Below, one piece after another: positions 55,361 through 63,864 of a DNA stretch of 64,000 nucleotides. Each line of letters opens with the position of its first letter. Position 1 is the first letter of the stretch. The notes beneath the pieces were generated by a model. The model saw only the letters and a list, made by a program, of their open reading frames with translations. It had not been told where the DNA came from and searched no databases. The position numbers and the translations under genes are program-made. Origin of the DNA: Syntrophomonas sp. DTU019. Its GTDB lineage: Bacteria > Bacillota > Syntrophomonadia > Syntrophomonadales > Syntrophomonadaceae. Where the stretch lies: contig CAJYDM010000007.1 of NCBI GenBank assembly GCA_913757435.1, forward strand, positions 10,647 to 74,646. Reading direction: 5' to 3'.

Positions 55361-56059
55361 TTACAGGCAGTCCTGCACGATGGCGTTAATGTGAGTGTTT
55401 TCAACTTCCAGTTCGTTGACGAAGTTGCCGCCTTCCACCTCGATCCTGACGATTTCCACAGTGTAGACACAGCACCCGGCGGGGCACACATCATCATCAC
55501 AGAAGGTGAAACTGAAGGGCAGGCTCAGGCTCGAATCATCTTCGAATTCCACTTCCCAGGTCTCCAGGGTGGTGCAATTGCCATTGCAGTTTCTCCGTAA
55601 GGCCACAGTCAATTCCACTTCATTGCCATCTTCGACCTCGATCATGCTGGAGAAATCGATTTTCACCAGCGGCCGTCTCAGACCTGAGCGGTTAACCTCA
55701 ATGCTGGCCAACAGCAGTGAAGCAGGACCTTCGGGAACATTGTTCAGGTCGAATTCATAGCCGACTCCGCAGGTTAAAAAGATTTTGGGGTGTTGCGGGC
55801 AGAAATGCGAGATGTGTGCACAGTCATTTCTGCGGGTGGTGAAGCAGCACGAACTGTTGCTCAGCACGGCACCCCTCACTTGGTTGCCTACCATAATGTT
55901 GTCACTTAAAACACTGGGGCATATACGGCTGTCACTTAAGACACTGGGGCAAAATCTGCCATTGATTAATGCCCTATCGCTCAGAACGCAGGGACATGTT
56001 CTGCGGTTGGCTCTTGCGGTACTGCGCACTCTATTATGCCGTTTTCTAAATCTGGCCAT
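55361..56059 (-). CDS. Cysteine-rich protein with a basic N-terminus and three CPxVLSD repeats, possibly DUF4489-like
   Basis: 232 aa with 16 Cys and a strong SD (AAGGAGG). The repeats are TCPCVLSD / FCPSVLSD / ICPSVLSD. The C-terminal beta-rich domain contains CC and CxxxC pairs. Confidence 0.65.
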   Translation of the reverse strand: MARFRKRHNRVRSTARANRRTCPCVLSDRALINGRFCPSVLSDSRICPSVLSDNIMVGNQVRGAVLSNSSCCFTTRRNDCAHISHFCPQHPKIFLTCGVGYEFDLNNVPEGPASLLLASIEVNRSGLRRPLVKIDFSSMIEVEDGNEVELTVALRRNCNGNCTTLETWEVEFEDDSSLSLPFSFTFCDDDVCPAGCCVYTVEIVRIEVEGGNFVNELEVENTHINAIVQDCL

Positions 56060-56166
56060 TAAAATTCCTCCTTATTTTAATTGTTCAGGGAAGATAAATA
56101 ATCCCTTTCGATACAAAATATTCATATTGAGGTGACTGTGTTCCAGGTTGCCTGAAAACAAATAAA

Positions 56167-56246
56167 TGACACACGGGGACGCGTTCCTTGTGTCATTTTT
56201 TAAGTCAAAAGTGAATCGCCTGGGGGAGTCAGCGTAACCCTGGTGT
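56167..56246. repeat. Single copy of the 'T-module' (hairpin + T-run + GAGTC-AAAGTGAATC)
   Basis: TGACACACGGGGACGCGTTCCTTGTGTCATTTTTTAAGTCAAAAGTGAATCGCCTGGGGGAGTCAGCGTAACCCTGG is homologous to 58859-58973. Confidence 0.8.
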
Positions 56247-56555
56247 CATGCCATTCTGCCATTCTGAAACATAGCCAAAAAACCTTCTTATTTCAGTAGT
56301 TTCAAGATCCTTCACTAATGTTCAAGATGACAAAACAGGACTTTTTCAGCGGCCTCAAACGGTTCTGTTGTTTGAACGTCAGTCGGCGGTATCTTCTCCA
56401 CCGCTTCTTCCGTAACCGCAGGTATTGGAGTTCTGTTGACAACCACGCCTAAAAGGCAAAATCGATCAAATTAATTGCAGTAGCAGGTTTTTATCCCAAA
56501 CCTGTCAAATATTCGACATATATGAATTTAGGTAATTAGAGGAGTTACGGGAAAA

Positions 56556-58856
56556 ATGGACAATAATGATCTGTTCGGCAGCCTGCAAGAGAGGCAGACC
56601 AGGCCCGGCCGCACGCCAGAAGAAGATACTTGTCGGCTGGCACGGCAGACCCGGGATTTTCAGGCCCAGATCCTGGCTAATATACAGGATGCGGTTGTAG
56701 TCGTTGATGAGAACGATTCGATCGCCTATTTTAACAAGGCTTTTACAAACTTATTCGGCTGGAATGAAGAGGAACTTCTGGGCAAGTCAGTTCAAGTCTT
56801 TGTACAGAACTATATATCAGAGCCATATAAGGAAGCGGTGTATAGTCTTCCTGATCCTTGCCGGGAAGACACCGGGACGGTTGGAGAGGACCTCCTGCAC
56901 GTAGAATGCCTGGCCCAAAATGGTAAGTCCCTCATGGTGGAGATCAGCCGGGCGGTGTGGAGAGGTACAGAAGGGGAGTACAAAGGCCTCATCGCATCTA
57001 TCCGGGATATAACGAAGCGACACCAGATTGAACTGGCCTTGCAGGAGAGCGAGCGGAAATACCGGGAACTGGTGCAACACGCCCCGACCGCGATTTGTCA
57101 GTTAGACCTAGAACAAAGGCGATTTACAGCCGTAAACGATGTAATGTGTGAAGGATTGGGATATAGCCGTGAGGAATTGCTGCAAATGGATCTCTTGTCA
57201 ATCCTGGATGAGCATGGTGCAGAACAATTGCAGTCTCGCATCAGGCAGTACTTAAATGGCGAAAACCCGGATCAGGATGTGGTCTATCTAGTCAAGACCA
57301 AAGCTGGAGACCAGATGTATGTCTCGCTTCACGTCACCATCACCAACGTAATTGATGGCCGCCCAGTTCAGGCCACAGTGATGGGGCACGACATCACCGC
57401 ACTCAAGAAGGCAAAACAGGAATTGATGCAAGCCTGCAATGCGCTGGAGGAAAAAGTAGAGCAACGCACCCGCAAACTCGCCCTGGAACGGCAGCGGCTG
57501 CGCGATGTTTTGGAAAACCTGCCGGTCAGCATATGCCTGCTCAGCGCCGACAAGCATCTGGTTTTCTCCAACCGTGCTTACAGAGAAAGACTCGGGGACT
57601 TTCATGGCAAGAAATGTTATGAAGCCTTATTTGGTTATGATCGACCTTGTGATTATTGCCAAACCTACACCGTATTGGAAACTGGTAAGCCGGTGCAATG
57701 GGAGTTTATAGGGCCGGATGGAGGCATCTTCGATGTTCATGACTGCCCTTTCACTGACACCGACGGTTCAGTGCTGGTCCTGGAGATGCTTATTGACATA
57801 AGCGAGCAAAAACGGGCTGAAAAGGCTCTGCGCTGCTCAGAAGAGCGCTTCTCCAAAATTTTCGCTGCCAGTCCGGTCATCATGGGAATCACCACACTGG
57901 ATCACCGTTTAGTGGAAATCAACGAGGCCTTCACTAAAGCGTTAGGGTATACTCGGGAAGAACTGCTGGGGCGTACTTTCAGTGAGCTTAATATGGGGCT
58001 GACATTCCGCAGAGAAAGCAGCCTCGACCGCGCGGCCGCTCCTCACTATCTCAACCACTACGAGGTATCGTATCGAAATGCCGATGGCGATGAACACATC
58101 GGTCTTGGCAACACGCAACTGATTACTATTGGGGAGGAAGATTACTACCTGCATTCAATGGTGGATGTCACCCATCAGAAACAGATCGAAGCCGAATTAT
58201 CACGTCTGGACCGTTTGAACTTGATTGGCGAAATGGCAGCCGCCATTGGCCATGAGATCAGAAATCCATTGACTGCGGTGCGGGGTTTTCTGCAGATGCT
58301 TAATACTAATGTGCAATTGGCCGAGTATGGAGCCTACTTCGAGCTGATGATTGAAGAGCTGGACCGGGCCAACGCCATTATCAGCGAATACCTGGCCATG
58401 GCCAAAAACAAACGGGTCGACCTGCAGATGCATTACCTGGACGAACTGCTAACCACCTTTTGCCCCATGATCATGTCCGAGGCCAATCTGCGCGAGATGA
58501 GTGTTGACCTGGATTTAAATCACCCTCCGAAGGTCATGGTCGACCCCAACGAGTTTCGCCAGCTGGTGATGAACCTGGCCCGCAACGGGCTGGATGCCAT
58601 GCAGCCTGGGGGGACCCTGGTCATTGGTACCCGGCTGGAGGGTAATAACATCCTGCTCTACATTCAGGATGAAGGCTGCGGATTTTCGCAGGCGATATAT
58701 CCCAAACTGGGAACTCCCTTTCTCACCACCAAAGACACCGGCACCGGCCTGGGTTTGGCGGTTTGTTACAGCATCGCCGGCCGCCATAACGCAGTCCTAG
58801 AAATCGACTCCAGTTCCAGCGGAACTACGGTCTATGTGCGCTTCCCAAAGCCCTAA
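56556..58856 (+). CDS. Multi-PAS sensor histidine kinase (KinA-like orphan)
   Basis: 766 aa with several PAS domains, one of which has a Cys cluster (CYEALFGYDRPCDYC). H-box GEMAAAIGHEIRNPLT and G-box GTGLGLAVC. There is no adjacent response regulator. Confidence 0.9.
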   Translation: MDNNDLFGSLQERQTRPGRTPEEDTCRLARQTRDFQAQILANIQDAVVVVDENDSIAYFNKAFTNLFGWNEEELLGKSVQVFVQNYISEPYKEAVYSLPDPCREDTGTVGEDLLHVECLAQNGKSLMVEISRAVWRGTEGEYKGLIASIRDITKRHQIELALQESERKYRELVQHAPTAICQLDLEQRRFTAVNDVMCEGLGYSREELLQMDLLSILDEHGAEQLQSRIRQYLNGENPDQDVVYLVKTKAGDQMYVSLHVTITNVIDGRPVQATVMGHDITALKKAKQELMQACNALEEKVEQRTRKLALERQRLRDVLENLPVSICLLSADKHLVFSNRAYRERLGDFHGKKCYEALFGYDRPCDYCQTYTVLETGKPVQWEFIGPDGGIFDVHDCPFTDTDGSVLVLEMLIDISEQKRAEKALRCSEERFSKIFAASPVIMGITTLDHRLVEINEAFTKALGYTREELLGRTFSELNMGLTFRRESSLDRAAAPHYLNHYEVSYRNADGDEHIGLGNTQLITIGEEDYYLHSMVDVTHQKQIEAELSRLDRLNLIGEMAAAIGHEIRNPLTAVRGFLQMLNTNVQLAEYGAYFELMIEELDRANAIISEYLAMAKNKRVDLQMHYLDELLTTFCPMIMSEANLREMSVDLDLNHPPKVMVDPNEFRQLVMNLARNGLDAMQPGGTLVIGTRLEGNNILLYIQDEGCGFSQAIYPKLGTPFLTTKDTGTGLGLAVCYSIAGRHNAVLEIDSSSSGTTVYVRFPKP

Positions 58857-58858
58857 AA

Positions 58859-59088
58859 TGACACAGGGGGACGTGTACCTTGTGTCATTTTTTGAGTCGA
58901 AAGTGAATCATTGGGGGGAGTCAGTTTGCTTAACCCTGGCATAGGTAAAGGCAGGCTGCTGTTTAGACTTAGATGACACAGGGGGACGTGTACCTTGTGT
59001 CATTTTTTGAGTCGAAAGTGAATTATTGGGGGGAGTCAGTTTGCTTAACCCTGGTATAGGTAAAGGCGGGCTGCTGTTTAGACTTATC
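58859..59088. repeat. 115-bp T-module in two tandem copies
   Basis: Copies start at 58859 and 58974 and are nearly identical. The first hairpin plus T-run begins 3 nt after the kinase stop codon and probably acts as its terminator. Confidence 0.9.
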
Positions 59089-59168
59089 ATGAGAATCAAT
59101 TAAACGGTTGCCAGAATAGCTTTTCATATGGGATAATTTCAAATATCCTGCAACAAATGAGGTGCCAT

Positions 59169-60464
59169 ATGGACTACCAGAGTCAGTACCGCCGCAAGGT
59201 ACTACCTATTGACGCCGCCATGGATCTGATCGAGGATAACGACGAGGTCATGACCAGCCTGGGGGCTGCCGAGCCGGTGACCCTTTTCAGCCATATCCAC
59301 CTGCTCAAAGGAAAGGTCAAAAATGTTTCCGTGGTCAATGCCTTGATGATAGGGCATTACCCCTTCTACATGGACCCGGAGATGAAGGACAGTGTGATCT
59401 TGAATTGCTGGTTCCTTACCGGGGGACCGCGCCAGGGTCATTCCCTGGGTACTGTCAATTACGTTCCCATGGAATTGCACACCTTTCTAAAAAACCGCTT
59501 ATATTACCGACGGATAAATATTTTCTGGGGCAGCGCCTCCAGCATGGATAAGCACGGCATGATGACCACCTCGGTTTCATCGGTATTCGAGCGCGAGGCC
59601 ATTGAACAGGCCGACCTGGTGATAATGGAGGTCAATCCGCGCCTGCCCCGGATATATGGCGATACCAACCTGCACATCTCGGAAGTGGACTACATTGTTG
59701 AGGCTGACAATGAAGTTCCGTCTCTGAAATCCGAGCCCACCGATGAGCGGACCGAACGAATCGGACGATTCGCTGCCGAATTGGTCGAGGATGGCTCTAC
59801 TATACAATTCGGCTTTGGAGGCATTACCGGGGCTATAGCCAGGCATTTAAAGGACAAAAAAGACCTGGGGGTGCACTCCGAGGTCATTTCCGATGCCATC
59901 CTGGACTTATGGGAGGCGGGTGCCATAACCAACCGCAAGAAGACCTTATTCAAGGGCAAATTCGTGGGGGACATCGGCCTGGGCAGCCAAAAACTGTATG
60001 ATTTTTTAGATGACAATCCGGCGGTAGAATTCCAGTCTGGGCGGGTGATGAACGATCCTGCAGTGATACGCCAAAACTACAAAATGGTTTCCATCAATTC
60101 CGCCCTGCAGGTAGACCTGACCGGGCAGTGCTCTGCGGAAATGGCCGGACAGCGCCTATTTAGCGGCACCGGCGGACACAAAGAATTTGTCAAAGGAGCT
60201 CAGGAGTCGCCGGGCGGCAAATCCATCATCGCATTCTATTCATCAGCCCATGAGGACAGCATTTCCCGCATCGTAGCCCAGTTTGAGGCCGGGACCGCAG
60301 TCACCACCTCCCGGGTGGATGTCGATTATGTGGTCACCGAATTCGGTTCGGTCTGTTTGCGGGGGCGCTCGCTGCCGGAACGGGCCAGGGCTTTGATCAG
60401 CATTGCCCATCCCCATTTCCGCGACTGCCTTACCAGCGAAGCCCGCCGCCTCAAGATTTGGTAA
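59169..60464 (+). CDS. Acetyl-CoA hydrolase/transferase family (4-hydroxybutyrate CoA-transferase-like)
   Basis: ATG at 59169 after GAGGTG. Motifs GFGGITGAIARHL, INSALQVDLTGQ and FSGTGGHKEF. Confidence 0.8.
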   Translation: MDYQSQYRRKVLPIDAAMDLIEDNDEVMTSLGAAEPVTLFSHIHLLKGKVKNVSVVNALMIGHYPFYMDPEMKDSVILNCWFLTGGPRQGHSLGTVNYVPMELHTFLKNRLYYRRINIFWGSASSMDKHGMMTTSVSSVFEREAIEQADLVIMEVNPRLPRIYGDTNLHISEVDYIVEADNEVPSLKSEPTDERTERIGRFAAELVEDGSTIQFGFGGITGAIARHLKDKKDLGVHSEVISDAILDLWEAGAITNRKKTLFKGKFVGDIGLGSQKLYDFLDDNPAVEFQSGRVMNDPAVIRQNYKMVSINSALQVDLTGQCSAEMAGQRLFSGTGGHKEFVKGAQESPGGKSIIAFYSSAHEDSISRIVAQFEAGTAVTTSRVDVDYVVTEFGSVCLRGRSLPERARALISIAHPHFRDCLTSEARRLKIW

Positions 60465-60721
60465 TGCAATGTGACTGGGCTTGTGACCCGAGGTGACGTT
60501 GTTGCGGTGTAATTAGCAGGTCATTGGTGAATCATAAGACATAAGGCAAGAGTAAAGTTATCAGGTCAGCCCTGTTTGATCAGAACGGCCAAAACCATAG
60601 CGTTTTGGGCTGTTTAACCAGAGATACGATACCGTCCCTTGTCGCGTACTTTGTCTTTGTGCTATCTGGTTGAAACGCCCTAACCGTTCCCGCGTTTGGC
60701 CATGTTTGGGAGGTGATCAGC

Positions 60722-60925
60722 ATGATTATTTACACAAAAACCGGCTGCCCTTACTGCGAGGCAGCTAAACGGCACTACACAGGACAGGGCATAGCATTTG
60801 AGGAAGTCAATCTGTCGGTTCATAAAGAAAGAGTAGAGGAGATCAAGAAACTCACCCAGGGAACTAAAGTCCCGGTTATCGTTGACAACGACAAGGTGAG
60901 CGTCGGTTTTAACGGCGGAGGCTGA
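60722..60925 (+). CDS. Glutaredoxin-like small redox protein
   Basis: ATG at 60722 after GGGAGGTG. IIYTKTGCPYCEAAK...VPVI matches the thioredoxin fold. Confidence 0.8.
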   Translation: MIIYTKTGCPYCEAAKRHYTGQGIAFEEVNLSVHKERVEEIKKLTQGTKVPVIVDNDKVSVGFNGGG

Positions 60926-61015
60926 AGTGTTTGAACCGCCGCCGTCGTGGACGGTTTAATAGGAATTCAAAAAATAAACAGATTATTTCCCTGCAAAATT
61001 CAAAGCCTGGCATTG

Positions 61016-61310
61016 CCGGGCTTTCATTGCATCATAATGTTGGTTGGCGTTTATCATTTGTCGCTCATAGTAGCGTGATGACCCGGCTTTCATTGCATCA
61101 TGATGTTGATTGGCGTCTATCATTTGTCGCTCTTAGTAGCGTGATGACCCGGCTTTCATTGCATCATGATGTTGATTGGCGTTCATCATTTGTCGCTCAT
61201 ATTAGCGTGATGAACGGCTTTCATTGCATCATAATATTGATTGGCGTTTATCATTTGTCGCTAATAGTAGCGTTATGCCGGGCTTTCATTGCAACATTGT
61301 ATTGATTTGC
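61016..61310. repeat. 65-66-bp tandem repeat, about 4.5 copies
   Basis: CCGGCTTTCATTGCA starts at 61016, 61082, 61148, 61213 and 61278. Each unit contains the palindrome CATCATGATG or a variant of it. Confidence 0.9.
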
Positions 61311-61385
61311 GGAGCTTAGGCTGGTCCTTATCCACATACACCTTCTGATATTTGGTTACTCTAATCAAAAAGGAGGTGATTGAGA

Positions 61386-61538
61386 ATGCCTAAAGTTTCC
61401 AAATGCATGTGTGAAGAATGCTATTACAACCATAATTATGCCTGTCATGCCGATGAAATCGAAGTCAGATCGAGTGTTCAGGGAAACAGAGTCGAAAACT
61501 CCGAGGGCACCTGCTGCGAAACCTTCAGGAGCCGTTAG
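61386..61538 (+). CDS. DUF1540-like small Cys-rich protein (50 aa, below the ORF-track cutoff)
   Basis: AAAGGAGGTG SD, then ATG at 61386. The sequence is MPKVSKCMCEECYYNHNYACHADEIEVRSSVQGNRVENSEGTCCETFRSR*. Confidence 0.65.
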   Translation: MPKVSKCMCEECYYNHNYACHADEIEVRSSVQGNRVENSEGTCCETFRSR

Positions 61539-61582
61539 GATGGTGGTGCATGGTCTAATCGATTGGTCGTATATTTTGTGAA

Positions 61583-61615
61583 AAGCCAGCGTATGCTGGC
61601 TTTCTACTCGTTTTA
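61583..61615 (+). terminator. Intrinsic terminator
   Basis: AAGCCAGC-GTAT-GCTGGCTT followed by TCTACTCGTTTT. Confidence 0.5.
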
Positions 61616-61902
61616 TTGGTATTTTTGGATCTCATGGTTTTAACCTAGTCTGACATCCTGGTCCAGAAACACTAGAACCGGCAGATCCATCCTGCGGCCT
61701 ATTTAATTCTGTACCTATAGCAGTGGCTGCTTCCGTGCAGTAGAAGCTAATAAGGGCGATCGGTAGGAGGCCAAACAAGACCGTCACCCTTGTCGCTGCT
61801 CATTCCCGCGCTTTCCGTGATCTTAATGTCAAATGGTGGGTTTTATGGTATGCTCAGATTAACCTCAGTACTACATCAGGGAGAGGAGATGGTGCGGCCT
61901 TC

Positions 61903-62331
61903 ATGAAAAGTATGCTGAAATGGCTGGGAGTCCTGGCGGTGGCCGGATTCGCCATGATGCTGATGGTCAAAGTGCCTGCCTTGGGATTAGCGGAAGCCGG
62001 GTTTTGCGGCAATTGTCACGCGATGGAGGAGCAGGTCTCCACCTATCTTCATTCGCCGCACAGCTACGCCGCCAACTGCGGTGACTGTCACGACCCCCAC
62101 GGGCTGGTCACAGGTAGCGCATACGCAGCGTATACCGGCACCCGAGACGTGTATCGGGTGGTCACCAATACCACCCCCTTAGAGATTCGTGCTACCAATC
62201 TAAGCAAAACCGTACTGCAGCAGAACTGCCTGCGCTGCCACGGGGACATTATGGCGGACATCGGGGATACCCGCGAAAATGGCGGTCGTCACTGCTTTGA
62301 CTGCCATCATGAAATCGTTCATGTTAAATAG
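61903..62331 (+). CDS. nrfH: Cytochrome c nitrite reductase small subunit NrfH (tetrahaem NapC/NirT family)
   Basis: N-terminal TM anchor and four CxxCH motifs (CGNCH, CGDCH, CLRCH, CFDCH). Confidence 0.9.
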   Translation: MKSMLKWLGVLAVAGFAMMLMVKVPALGLAEAGFCGNCHAMEEQVSTYLHSPHSYAANCGDCHDPHGLVTGSAYAAYTGTRDVYRVVTNTTPLEIRATNLSKTVLQQNCLRCHGDIMADIGDTRENGGRHCFDCHHEIVHVK

Positions 62332-62356
62332 AGGGACAAGGGAGGAGGGCGATATT

Positions 62357-63604
62357 TTGAATTCTGATCAGATCAAGAAACTATTGCTGGTTACCGTTCC
62401 GATTGTGGTGGTGGCTCTGGCCGCTGCGGTGTTCTTTTTCACCCGCAATAATGCTGTGACCACCTTGGGACCGCAGGGAACCATAGCCGCCAATGAAACC
62501 CGTTCCGCCGCTTGGGCAGCCTATTACCCGGTGCACTGGGACAGCTATCAAGATAATTTAGCCAATAAAGAAAAACCCTCGCATTTCGATACCAAACCCT
62601 ACCTTAAGAACATTTACGCCGGTTTTGGTTTCTCTGCGGAATACAATGAACCGCGCGGACATGTGTTTACCATAGAAGATATCAATGCTATCGATCCCGC
62701 CCGCAAAAAAGCCGGGGCCTCCTGTTTCACCTGCAAATCGACCCAGGTGCCGGAGATGATGGCTAAATACGGGGACCAGTACTATCTTATGTCCTTTGAC
62801 GAGATCAAAGACCAGATCACTGAGCCCATCGGCTGCCTGGACTGCCACGATCCGGCCACTATGGAACTGCGCCTCACCCGGCCCGCATTGATCGAGGCTT
62901 TGCAGCATCAGGGCAAAGACGTCAGTAAACTCACCAATCAGGAGCTGCGCAGCCTGGTCTGTGCGCAATGCCACGTCACCTACTATTTCGAGCCTGGCAG
63001 CAAGAAAATCGCCTTCCCCTGGGATAAAGGTGTCAAAGCCGATCAGATCCTGGACTATTACGATGAGGAGAACTTCTCCGAATGGGTGCATCCGGATGCC
63101 GGGACCGGCCTGGTCAAGCCCCGCCACGCCGAATACGAGACCTTTATGAACAGCACCCACCAGTCCGCCGGGCTGGCCTGTGCCGACTGCCACATGCCCT
63201 ACACCAAGGTGGGCAACAAAAAGCTCAGCTCCCATGTCTGGCAGAGTCCGTTGAACAACATCGAGAACAGTTGCACCACTTGCCACCGCAATGGCACCGA
63301 ATGGCTGGTGGATCGGGTCAAGACCATACAAGGACAGGTCAAGCAGACTCAGGACCTGGCCGGCAACGCGGTAGTTGAAGCCATCAATGAGCTGAAGTTG
63401 AGCCGTGCAGCGCCTCAGGTCGATCAGGCCAAGCTTGAGGAGGCCATGGAAATGCACCGCCAGGCCCAATGGTATCTGGACTTTGTGGTGGTCACCAATG
63501 GGTACGGATTCCACAATCCGACTGAGACCCTGAACAACCTGGGCACTGCCATCGACTATGCCCATAAATCTGTGAAACTGGCGCGCGAAGCCCGGGGAGC
63601 CTGA
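62357..63604 (+). CDS. nrfA: Pentahaem cytochrome c nitrite reductase NrfA
   Basis: TTG at 62357 after GGAGGAGGG (the ORF opens at 62279). Catalytic CxxCK (CFTCK) plus CLDCH, CAQCH, CADCH and CTTCH. Confidence 0.9.
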   Translation: MNSDQIKKLLLVTVPIVVVALAAAVFFFTRNNAVTTLGPQGTIAANETRSAAWAAYYPVHWDSYQDNLANKEKPSHFDTKPYLKNIYAGFGFSAEYNEPRGHVFTIEDINAIDPARKKAGASCFTCKSTQVPEMMAKYGDQYYLMSFDEIKDQITEPIGCLDCHDPATMELRLTRPALIEALQHQGKDVSKLTNQELRSLVCAQCHVTYYFEPGSKKIAFPWDKGVKADQILDYYDEENFSEWVHPDAGTGLVKPRHAEYETFMNSTHQSAGLACADCHMPYTKVGNKKLSSHVWQSPLNNIENSCTTCHRNGTEWLVDRVKTIQGQVKQTQDLAGNAVVEAINELKLSRAAPQVDQAKLEEAMEMHRQAQWYLDFVVVTNGYGFHNPTETLNNLGTAIDYAHKSVKLAREARGA

Positions 63605-63864
63605 CAAAAGGGATGGTTCTCCTGGCCGTTTGTCCCATGTTGATGGATTCCTTGCATGCCAGTTGGGGCAAGCTAAGCTAAATTAGAACAATGCGACAGA
63701 GGAGATTCGTCCTCTTCTGTCGCATTCCCACCCAAGTCGCGCAGGAGACTCGGTCTTATGCTGTACTGCTGTCCCAAGCGCAATGGGCTGGGGATTTAAT
63801 TCTTTATCAGACTATTAGGCGCAGGAGAATCGGCTCCTGTCACAGTATCACTAGTGTTGTGTCG

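Noticed and set aside
56060-56170. Sigma-E or sigma-K sporulation promoter upstream of the Cys-rich gene, and a CATATATTA box upstream of ylmC at ~16148.
   Set aside because: Only partial matches to the CATA-N3-TA or ATATT-N14-CATACA consensus were found, and no matching -35 element is present at the correct spacing. These are too weak to annotate.
60931-61305. The 124-aa ORF through the 66-bp tandem repeat, and the 78-aa ORF 42510-42746 through the 36-bp repeat, as real repeat proteins.
   Set aside because: Neither has an SD. Their starts are non-ATG codons inside upstream gene ends or hairpins, and the frames stay open mainly because the repeat unit lacks stop codons. They are mentioned only as caveats in the findings.
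61820-61850. FNR/CRP-type site (TGATCTTAATGTCA) upstream of nrfH.
   Set aside because: Only the outer TGA/TCA triplets are palindromic. The spacing to the best -10 candidates (TATGGT/TATGCT) does not fit a class II activator position.
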